From contig NIVC01001027.1 in the NCBI GenBank assembly GCA_002269645.1, forward strand, positions 8,352 to 72,351: a stretch of 64,000 nucleotides of DNA, written 5' to 3'. Below are positions 1-9,210 of the stretch, in pieces. Numbering within the stretch: position 1 is the first letter of the stretch; each line of letters opens with the position of its first letter. Below the pieces are notes generated by a model that was given only the letters and a program-made list of their open reading frames with translations, had not been told where the DNA came from and ran no database searches. A program made the position numbers and the translations under genes. Source of the DNA: Macrostomum lignano. Its lineage: Eukaryota.

Positions 1-495
1 TTAGATTATGCATAGGTTACAGCTATAGATGCAAAGATAACCTATAATAAACGCTCTAATACCTATAGATGCGTAGTTACACTTAGACTAGACGCATCGA
101 CATAGATACGTATCAATTACTATAAGTAGTCCAGCCTATAATACTGGATTTAAACATTCCAGAACTGTGTGGCCAATTCTCGATAAGCTCAATTCAGCCA
201 GCAAGCTTGAGAACGAAAAATGATCCAAGCGACTTGCACTCAGTGACCTTGACCTGAGCTGAGTTAGCTCAACAAGCATTATATTAACTCTTACCTTCTT
301 TTTCAAGCTCGTGAATATTTTTTTGCCTCAACATTCGTTTGAAAGTCTGTCGCAAGGGTCTCTTGGCCGCAAACGTTCGTTTCAGCTTGTCGATCGCATG
401 AATTTATAGATATTCGTAATATCAAATGCATAGCTGAAGACACCTCCGTTTTAAAGGCCATCTTATGAAAGCAAAAAATGTATGTTGTTAATAAA

Positions 496-1280
496 TCAGT
501 GTTGATAGATCGGTGTTAATAAATCAGTGTTGATAGATCAGTGTTGATAGATCGGTGTTGATTGATCAGTGTTGATAGATCAGTGTTGATAGATCAGTGT
601 TGATAGATCAGTGTTGATAGATCAGTGTTGATAGATCAGTGTTGATAGATCGGTGTTGATTGATCAGTGTTGATAGATCAGTGTTGATTGATCAGTGTTG
701 ACAGATCAATGTTGATAGATCGGTGTTGATAGATCAGTGTTGATAGATCAGTGTTGATTGATCAGTGTTGATTGATCAGTGTTGATTGATCAGTGTTGAC
801 AGATCAATGTTGATAGATCAGTGTTGATAGATCAGTGTTGATAGATCAGTGTTGATAGATCAGTGTTGATAGATCAGTGTTGATAGATCAGTGTTGATAG
901 ATCAGTGTTGATAGATCAGTGTTGATAGGTCAGTGTTGATAGATCGGTGTTGATAGAGCAGTGTTGATAGATCAGTGTTGATAGATCACTGTTGATTGAT
1001 CAGTGTTGATAGATCACTGTTGATAGATCAGTGTTGATAGGTCAGTGTTGATAGATCGGTGTTGATAGAGCAGTGTTGATAGATCAGTGTTGATAGATCA
1101 GGGTTTATAGATCAGTGTTGATAGATCAGTGTTGATAGATCGGTGTTGATAGGTCAGTGTTGATAGGTCAGTGTTGATAAATCGGTGTTGATAGATCAGT
1201 GTCGATAGATCAGTGTTGATAGATCAGTGTTGATAGATCGGTGTTGATAGATCAGTGTTGATAGATCAGTGTTGATAGAC
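496..1280. repeat. 14-bp minisatellite (GATCAGTGTTGATA)n, ~55 copies
   Basis: Direct tandem repetition with point variants (GATCGGT, GGTCAGT, TTGATTGA). Confidence 0.97.
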
Positions 1281-1765
1281 TGACTTTTTGCATGCCACTC
1301 CATCGCTGAATTTTCCATGCTCTCTCACAGCGGTGACGCGAACCTGTTTATTCAGAGCTGCGCACTAACCACGGCCAACTCTACTTAACTTGGAGCGCTT
1401 TCATGACAGCGCTAGTAGGTCACTGAACCAAGTTTATTGATAGAAAACTTAATATATTTTTATAATGAGAAAAAACAAACTGATACTTAAATTGGCAAGG
1501 TCAAGACTTGATAAAAAATTCAAACCGGTTCCAAACCGATGGGTGACTAAAAGTACAGCGGGGAATAAAATAACGGATCGGTACAAAGGACACGACAGAA
1601 AATGTTCTTGCACTGGCTCCTCTATCTTTCTGAGAACAAAAATTTGTTGCTGCTTTGAAATAGGTTGGTTGCAACGATGACTTCGTTGAACATGAGCTGG
1701 GTGGAGAAAGCAACGGGTTAGTGCTCAGGTGCTCAAAGTGGGATCGAACCCAGGCTTGCACATAC

Positions 1766-2754
1766 CGTGCGGCGCGTGCTTCTCTTTGAACTCGGCCGAG
1801 TAGCCGTACTGATCAGAGAAGTCCCTGTTCTCCTGCTCAGCAGCAGCTTTTTTAGCGGCCTCCTCTGCTTGGCGCTTCTTCTCCTGCTCGGCTGCTTCCT
1901 TCTCGGCGATGGCCGCCGGATCGTCCGAGTCGCTGGCGGTCGCTGCTGGCGGGTTTCCGTCGGAGACTTTCGTGTTGAGATCGCCCAGCAGGTTGAGAAT
2001 ACCGCCGGGACTGTTTGAGGCTTCGTTGGCACTGGACAGCAGGGTCAGCTGGCTGAGCGGCCGAGTTGTTAGACGGTGAATTTCGTTGGCAGCTTCGGTT
2101 GATTTGCGCTTCAGATAGGAGTCGTTAACCTGATTGGTGAGTGGGTGGTGGAGTATGCAGTTAATCCATCGATAGGCCCTGGGGCAGACTCTCGCGTCAC
2201 AACCTCTTGGCATAATGACACCCAGTTGCTTACCTGCGGATTAATAGTGATCTTGAAATTCTCGGCATTTTTCAGCCTCTCCCAGGGAATGGTCTCCAGC
2301 AGGCGCAGCGTAACCAGCTTCACCCGTTCGCGTTTCTCGCTCTCCTTCAAAGTGTCGGAGCCCTTGGAGCCGACATTGACAAAGTCGATGAGCAGAGGGC
2401 CCAGACGTCGGCTAAGACCTCCTTAACCCAGAAGATGTCGTGAGCGAAAGCAACAAACAGCAGGTAATTCAGATAGTCGCCAATGGTCACGGCCGCCTGG
2501 AACTCCAGCTCGTACTCGCACAGAGTAGTCATAAAAGTGTTAACCAGAAAACGAGGATTGGCAACAACGTTTTGCAGCAGCTCTTTCGTATTGTACTTGA
2601 ACTTAATTAGTGGACCTCGCTCTTTCAGGTACTTCATGAGGAACAGAAGCACCTGCTCTAGGCAGGGGTACTTGCGAATCACGGCCGTGAGATTTTCTGC
2701 CGAGCCAACCGATATGTGCTCTTTAACGTCCTGATTCACCTGCAGCATTGGCAT
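1766..2754 (-). CDS. Unidentified coding segment (~330 aa) broken by two apparent frameshifts; acidic/Ala-Glu-Lys-rich C-terminal part
   Basis: ORFs 2347-2754, 2111-2350 and 1725-2213 join by single-base shifts near 2400 and ~2175 into one protein-like sequence (…KYPCLEQVLLFLMKYLKERG…FWVKEVLADVW/PLLIDFVNVGSKGSDTLKESEKRER…/WINCILHHPLTNQ…AEKEAAEQEKKRQAEEAAKK). GC-rich codon usage resembles the host exons. Strong donor CACG|GTATGT at 1766/1765 and a pyrimidine-rich acceptor near 1697. No family recognised. Confidence 0.5.
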
Positions 2755-2800
2755 TATAGAGTGTAAAATTACGAATTAGCTGAATATCGAGGCCGAGAGT

Positions 2801-2998
2801 TTATGTTAAACGAGGACGGACAAAGGGGCAGCGAAAATGTCCTGGAGCAGGCACAACACACTCACTTAAAATGTACAAAGGCCCTGACTTTCTGATCGTC
2901 AGGCATGCGTTAAATCTCCAAGTGCCTTGGGAGTTTGCAAGGTAAGCACAGCAAAAAGCTATAACTGTAGTGTCGTCATATACGGGGCCTTTCATAAG
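2801..2998 (-). CDS. Possible exon of unidentified gene (LMKGPVYDDTTVIAFCCAYLANSQGTWRFNACLTIRKSGPLYIL…)
   Basis: 64-aa ORF with protein-like composition on the same strand as neighbouring unidentified ORFs; splice structure not resolved. Confidence 0.3.
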   Translation of the reverse strand, partial: LMKGPVYDDTTVIAFCCAYLANSQGTWRFNACLTIRKSGPLYILSECVVPAPGHFRCPFVRPRLT

Positions 2999-3273
2999 CT
3001 TAAAACTTCACATTGTCAAAATTTCACTTCGTCGAACAGCCTTGGCAGTCCACTTCCGCTAGCTCACAATAAAAAAATTGACGCGATGTGAAATTTGGAG
3101 CTTGTGAAAGCGATAAACTACTGAAGGAGAGAAGGGAGACAGTACGGGGCAACAAAACAGGATCGAGTAATACGGGCAAAGAACGATTGAAAAGGAAGGA
3201 AAGTGTAGAGGTATGATAGGATATGAAGAGAGAAGTGAACTTTATGAGCGCATGACGGTGAACGTTTTCTCGC

Positions 3274-5397
3274 GGTTTACCCCCGATTCGCCGAATCCCG
3301 ATTCGCCGAATTCCCGATTCGCCGAATTCCTGCTCCGCCGAAATTCCTGATTTGCCGAATTCCTGACCCGCCGAACCTTCCAGTTTCTAATTGTACGACG
3401 CCACAGGTGGAAGTGGATGCATGCCAGGTGGGCCGGGTTGTGATTGGCCAGCTCTGAAGGCTCTCCTGCCTAGCCCTGTCCGCACGCTCGTATATAAGGG
3501 CCAGATTTCCAGTTGAGGCAGTCACACTTATAAATACAACTCAACACGTGAGCCAGTGACCTCAAGACAACATAAGTTATGGCTCAGGCCGGACCCGCAC
3601 CCGAAAGGGCCGAATTCGTAGTGAGCGAACGAGGAGGCCAGCTTCTGCTCCGCGATGGCTACCTGTATCGCGTGGACAAAAAGAGTCTGGTGGCTTCCTA
3701 CTACAAGTGCCGAGAGGAACGCTGCAATTCTCGGGTCAAAGTTGAAGACGGGTTTGTGACGTCGACGTCTGGAAGTCACGAACACCCGCCGCCATCGGCC
3801 GCCGCTCTCAAGCGCAAAGCTTTTGCCGAGACAATGAAGGCGCAGGCACAAGAATCTGCCCTTCCAGTTGCACGGATCTACCGAGACCAGGTGGCGACAA
3901 ATGCTGCCGAGGGTGCAGATCTCGCCACGGTGCCCACGTTCTCCAGCGTCAAGACGGCCGCATACCACGCTCGACTCGCGGTCGTTCCACCGTTGCCTCC
4001 GACAGCTCAGCACTACGAGGTCGAGGCGGAGGTGTTCAACACTGCCACCGTTTTGGACTCGCACGCATTGAATCGGGCGGGACCACGGGTCGTTGGATTC
4101 ACGACGGACGCTCTGCTGGCAACTTGGTGAGTGCGAACGGTTGCAGATTGATGGTACTTTCAGCTGCTGCCCTGAGATCTTCTACCAGCTGCTTATCATT
4201 CACGGCAAGGTCCTCGGTGCGTGGGAGCCTCTTGTCTTCTTTCTGCTTCCCGCAAAGGATCAGAGAACGTATGAGACATGCTGGGATCTGATCCATGCTG
4301 AGGTTCGTCGAGTAACAGGTCATGACTGCATGGCAAGGACCATTCTGACGGACTTCGAAACCGGAAGCATGAACGCAGCGACTGGTAGGTGGCCACACTA
4401 TCCGCAACCTGCCTTGCGAGGCTGCTTTTTCCACTTCTGCCAGTGCATCCTACGCCGCGTTGCCTCCGCTGGATTGAAGGCAGCGTACGAAGGTGACCCC
4501 GAGGTGAGGTCAACCGTTCGGCGTCTGATGGCGCTGCCGTTGATGCCACTGGCTGGAGTGGAAGATGCCTTCCAGTTCATCCTCGGAGACATGCCTGCCC
4601 AAGCCCATCTGAATCATGCTCAAGTGGTCGCATTGATGGACTATGTGACTACTACTTGGATCGACGGGGCCGCACAGTTTCAACCGCCACTGTGGAACCA
4701 CTACGGTGAAGATGACGACAGGACCATCAACGCCGCCGAGGGTCGTCATCACGCCCTCAATCAAGTCGCGGGGAACCATCGTCTCAACGTTCATTCTTTT
4801 GTGCGCGAGGTTCTGAAGGAGCCCCGGAACTGCCAGACACGCATTCAGCAACGAGCCGCTGGCAATGTCACCAGTCGGCAAAGCTCTCGCGCGAAGAGGC
4901 TGGCAACAACAATTGCAAGACTCCGGGACGAGTTTCAAGCAGGCCAGAGAACACTGGAGCAGTTCCTTGACGCTTGTGGCTACCAGCTGCAGCTTTGAAC
5001 ATTTCTCTTACCGTGACATAATAAGTTTTTTGCCACAAGAGTTTATTACATATTTTCTATCTTTTTATCTGAACTTTCCACAGCTGTTGTCACCTACAGT
5101 AATAATAATAATACAAATAATACAATTTTAATACAATCCAAAATACAAAATTACAATAATATAACTACAATATTAATTGTCTCCAAGTCTGATCCCCGGA
5201 AGCACTTGTTCAGCTGATGGTGCGCCTGTGTGTGTGCGTGTGTGAGTGGACGGTCAATGGGGTAATCGGCAAATCAGGAATTTCGGCGAAGCAGGAATCG
5301 GCGAATCAGGAATTCCGCGAGTCAGGAATTCGGCGAATCGGGAATTCGGCGAATCAGGAATTCGGCGAATCGGGAATCGGCGAATCGGGGGTAAACC
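3274..5397 (+). mobile_element. Mutator/MULE DNA transposon with ~100-130-bp modular TIRs
   Basis: Left end GGTTTACCCCCGATTCGCCGAAT… (3274) is the reverse complement of right end …ATTCGGCGAATCGGGGGTAAACC (5397). TIRs are built from repeated GATTCGCCGAATTCC-type modules and enclose a MULE transposase. No direct 9-bp TSD found. Confidence 0.9.
3579..4998 (+). pseudogene. FLYWCH-MULE transposase, ~472 aa, one frameshift near 4120
   Basis: FLYWCH-type finger (GGQLLLRDGYLY…YYKCREERC…HEH). MULE DDE core: IDGTF, QLLIIHG, PLVFFLLP, TDFE, GCFFHFCQ, WNHY…TINAAEGRH. ORFs 3579-4130 and 4093-4998 overlap in different frames. Confidence 0.92.
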
Positions 5398-5855
5398 CGA
5401 GAAACATAAGTACTCGTAAAAACATAAATGGCTGTCAAAATGCAAGTGATAAAATTGAAGAGTGAGCTACCTACTCAAACAAGGGGTAGGAGTCGGAGTG
5501 CTCTGCAAAGGTATCATTCAAGCGAGCACTGAGTCAACCCTGCGGATTAAGGATTGATTGATTCCCGGTTAATTGAAAACCCTCAAAGTACAAGCACTAT
5601 TACGACCTAATAATTCGACAGACTTAATTAATAAATCAATTTCTTATCCGTTGTCATTATTGTCTTAATCCGCTAGCAAAAAACTAAGGAAATAAAAATT
5701 GATTAAATCCGAGCTTTTTTCATCGACAATCATTTTAAATTAATATTTGCAGCAAATTATGAGTTTTAAGGAAATTAGGGATGCAGAAGAAAATTATAGG
5801 AATAATTCGCCAAGCGCAAAATGTGAAACAGTTTATGAACCGACTTTTCTAACTA

Positions 5856-6077
5856 GGGGGTTGCAGCCTAGCTAGTGATTAGAGCGTCGGCTCGCGACTG
5901 AAAGGTCGGGGGCTCGATTCAGTTCACACAGCTGTAAAATGGGTGCCAGCATTAGCTAGGGTGGTAATTGAGGCTGTGTGTGGCGACCCCCCAGTCCTTG
6001 GACTGAACAGCCTTAAGCAGCCTTCAGATGCGCTGCGCAATAGCTGCGGCTGAGCTGTCGGTTGCACATCTGGCCCA
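5856..6077 (+). mobile_element. tRNA-derived CORE-like SINE (family 1), internally deleted copy
   Basis: Box A-like TAGCTAGTGATTAG, box B-like GGCTCGATTC, then CAGCTGTAAAATGGGTGCCAGCATTAGCT shared with copies at 8283-8573, 18348-18534 and 54811-55004. Confidence 0.85.
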
Positions 6078-6474
6078 ATAGGGGAAGGTGTAAAATTTTA
6101 TTATTAGTTTAGACAAAATCTGTTTAAACTTAAGATGTAGGTATAACCTTAATAATATGGGTTCATGGTAAACTTATAATTAGATAGATACGACTCTCTG
6201 AAATCCATTTATTCCATTTTGAAAATGTTAAATAGATTTGGTATTTTTTAAAACATCCAAGAATATTTGAAGAAATTTTCTGCGATTATTTGTTTAAAAA
6301 TAGCTCAGATCTCTCTCCAAATGATCGGAAATGCATTCGGGCTATGCTTGAGAATTTAAGTCTAAAAACGAAGTTAAATAATCTGATATTCCATTCAATA
6401 TTCAATTTCGGGAATTTAATTTTCGTAAACGTTCAGTCGTCATTTTTTAAAAACTTTGGGAATCCCCCTCCAAA

Positions 6475-6600
6475 AAGTTCAGGAATCTCTCTCCAAACAG
6501 TTAAGGAATCCCTCTCCAAAAAATGTAGGAATCCCTCTCCAAAAAATGTAGGAATCCCTCTCCAAACAGTTCAGGAATCCCTCTCCAAAAAGTTTGGTAG
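6475..6600. repeat. Short ~23-bp minisatellite (GGAATCCCTCTCCAAAAAATGTA-like)
   Basis: About 5 tandem variants, just downstream (minus sense) of a candidate splice donor at 6619. Confidence 0.8.
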
Positions 6601-6619
6601 TCCATTTCAAATCGCTAAC

Positions 6620-6970
6620 CTTGTCATCCATTACCAGCCTGCCAAGGTACAACTGCAGTCCGGGGCACAGCCGACTCTTGTCCGCCTGCCGCTTAGGTCC
6701 GTAGGCGATATTCACAAACGTAGCACCTTTGAGCCGTTTGACGCACTGAAAGGCCACGTGGAACGGGTCCAAAAATCCAGGCTTGACGCCCCACCGTTCG
6801 GCGTAGGATTTGGCGTCAGTCGCAGCCGACATTGACACATTAGGAAATTGCCAGGCGCAGAAGGCCGATCCGGCCTTAGCGCAGTGCTCGGGCAGACTCT
6901 TGCCAGACATTGCTCGTTCGGCTTGTTTCTTGTTTGTCTTTACTGCTCCCGCAAAACGAACAAAAAGCAA
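6620..6970 (-). CDS. Candidate exon of unidentified gene (…HCAKAGSAFCAWQFPNVSMSAATDAKSYAERWGVKPGFLDPFHVAFQCVKRLKGATFVNIAYGP…LGRLVMDDK)
   Basis: GC-rich, protein-like ORF ending at plausible donor AAG|GTTAGC (6620/6619) and followed by a minisatellite, as in the introns of the identified genes. Confidence 0.4.
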
Positions 6971-7991
6971 GAGCTTAGGACTGCTGCGACCTCGGGTTGC
7001 TCATTTTCTCCTCACTTAATAGAATAGGACAGAAGTGCTCTAATCATGCAGGGACTGGTCTACTGTCTATGGCCAAGGCATCGAGTTCATGGAAGCCTTG
7101 GAATTAATCCTATAAGTCGACCATAGTGGTAGTCTGAGGGGTAGAAAAGTGGGGTAGAGATTAAAGGGGTAACAGCCCGCAGGCGGCTGCTCAGAAAATC
7201 GATAAGCCTCGCACACAGGCGGCAATAAAATAACTAACTAGGAAAGTAGGGTGGGGCAGCTGGGGCTTGGGGCAGCTGGGGCTTGGGGCAGCTGGGGCTT
7301 GGTCGGTTTGCTCGTAAAAATCGATGAAAACGCTCACAGGCGGCAATCAACTCCAGACTAACTATTACTACAGTAAACTCGCGGTTAATTTGGATTTGTG
7401 GGGTAGAAAAGTGGGGTGGGTGTTGGGGCTCGGGGCTTGGCCGATTTGCTTGTAAAAAATCGATAAAAACGCTCACAGGCGGCAATAGGAAAGTGGGATT
7501 AGGGAGTTAAAGTTTCACAGGCTGTACAGTTCAGATAATCGATAAAACTCCTCACCAACCTCACACAAGCAGACGCAGAAGTGCCCCCCATGGGCCAAAA
7601 TGCCCCAAAGCCCGAGTCCAAGGTCGCCGCTTCATACGACCAAAATTTCACAACGCCGAAACATGTTATAGCACAAGACCGAAATATTCATTTTACACTT
7701 AAAGATCGTATAGCGCATACGAAGTAAAACTAATCGGCATCGGCAACAATTTTTATTTCGTTCTGCATTGTTGTTTTGATTATTGCTTGAATTTATTTTT
7801 GATCGCATCATACTACTTATTATTTGGTGTCGCATATATTCAACAAGTCAAAGTTTGAATAGGGCGCTCAGCTATATGTACGGTGCCAATGGGAAAATCG
7901 CCATACATTTACCCGGTAAGTCTTAAGTACGCTCACGACAGCAAATTGAGATCAAGCCATCAAGGGCTTCTCTTTTATTATAAGTGCACAC

Positions 7992-8165
7992 TGTTGTGAA
8001 TGTGCATGCTCAGTACTACTATGTAATGTACGCGCACTGATGTACATCTACGCGCTTGTATCATCATAATATATATTGGCTAGCTCACTATATAACTGAG
8101 AGCTACCTCTCCTCCCCTTCGTCTCAAGTGAAGTGACTTTATTCATTTGGCCAGCGGCCACAACA
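7992..8165. mobile_element. Solo LTR (174 bp)
   Basis: TGTTGTG…CACAACA inverted termini; 5-bp TSD CACAC at 7987-7991 and 8166-8170; internal TATATAA and AATAAA (minus strand). Confidence 0.75.
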
Positions 8166-8282
8166 CACACCGGCACACGCTTGGGTCAAAATTGCTTATC
8201 TACTGGAAACGGTAAAGTTTTCGATCTTACGATTTTTCTATGCTCTGACTTTTCGTTCTAGAAATATTTCGGTCTTGTAATA

Positions 8283-8573
8283 ATAATAGCAACAATAATA
8301 ATGGGCAGATGTGCAACCGACAGCTCAGCCGCAGCTATTGCGCGGCGCATCTGAAGGCTGCGTGCGGCTGTTCAGTCCAAGGACTGGGGGGTCGCCACAC
8401 ACCCTCAATCACCCCAGCTAATGCTGGCACCCATTTTACAGCTGTTTGAACTGAAGCAATGCAAAGTTGGGTGTCTTGCTCAAGGACACAAATTGTTCCG
8501 AGTATAGATCGAGAATCGAACCCCCGACCTTTCCGTCGCGAGTCTGATGCTCCAATCGCTAAGGCTGCAGCCC
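8283..8573 (-). mobile_element. CORE-like SINE family 1, full-length copy
   Basis: tRNA-like head, GTGTCCTTGAGCAAGACAC…CAGCTGTAAAATGGGT core, (TAT)n-type tail, 15-bp TSD TTCGGTCTTGTAATA (8268-8282, 8574-8588). Confidence 0.9.
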
Positions 8574-9004
8574 TTCGGTCTTGTAATATCATCTATTGTT
8601 TACTATAGAATCTAGAAGAGATTTCCCGGAGATTGAAAAACATGTCTAACTAAGCATCTCTCGTGTTTAAAGAGAGCACAATCAGTGGCATGGATGGGCT
8701 GTCTCTCTAGCTAAACGAAATCTCTCCACTTGTTATGAGAGCCAATCAGACGCGAGAATTGACTGTACCGGGTTTGAAAACTGGAAAAGGGGGGAGATTG
8801 TGAAACAAGCTTTAAAAAAATTCAGGATTCTATTATGATCACTCCCATGAACAGGTCTTAATCCTCTCTCTCGAGCTGCAAAGTCTAGAAGAAGCGAGTT
8901 TGGGTAAAAAAAGTAAGTGCGAATGCCTATGTCTGACTTTTAATTATAATTTATATACTTGTTACTACAGCATTTTAGAAAGCCAAAAAAGTATCTTAAA
9001 GAGC

Positions 9005-9195
9005 CAACAGTCCATAAACAATCCTAGAAACCTAGCAGTCCACGGACAATCCTAGAAACCCAGCAGTCCATGAACAATCCTAGAAGAATAAGATAACATT
9101 CCACGGACAATCTTAGAAACCTAACAGTCCACGGACAATCCTAGAAACCTAACAGTCCATGAAAAATCCTAGAAACCTAGCAGTCCACAAACAAC
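9005..9195. repeat. 28-bp minisatellite (AGTCCAYGRACAATCCTAGAAACCTARC)
   Basis: Units start at 9009, 9037, 9065 and so on; the array ends just before the synaptotagmin-like exon. Confidence 0.85.
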
Positions 9196-9210
9196 TGACA
9201 CCATCATCAG

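Noticed and set aside
1725-2754. Endogenous RNA-virus nucleoprotein call
   Set aside because: No viral motif recognised, and a credible spliceosomal donor/acceptor pair suggests a host-type gene; left as an orphan.
5856-5925. tRNA gene-like sequences (also at 8500-8573, 9814-9880, 15150-15225, 54930-55004)
   Set aside because: They have A/B boxes but continue into shared SINE bodies with tails/TSDs and lack a convincing full cloverleaf with a terminator.
6290-6835. Plus-strand 181-aa ORF
   Set aside because: The first half is AT-rich non-coding DNA plus minisatellite; the second half is more plausibly the antisense of the minus-strand candidate exon.
7674-8278. 16-bp inverted repeat ACAAGACCGAAATATT around the solo LTR
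   Set aside because: Too short and without a TSD to call a MITE.
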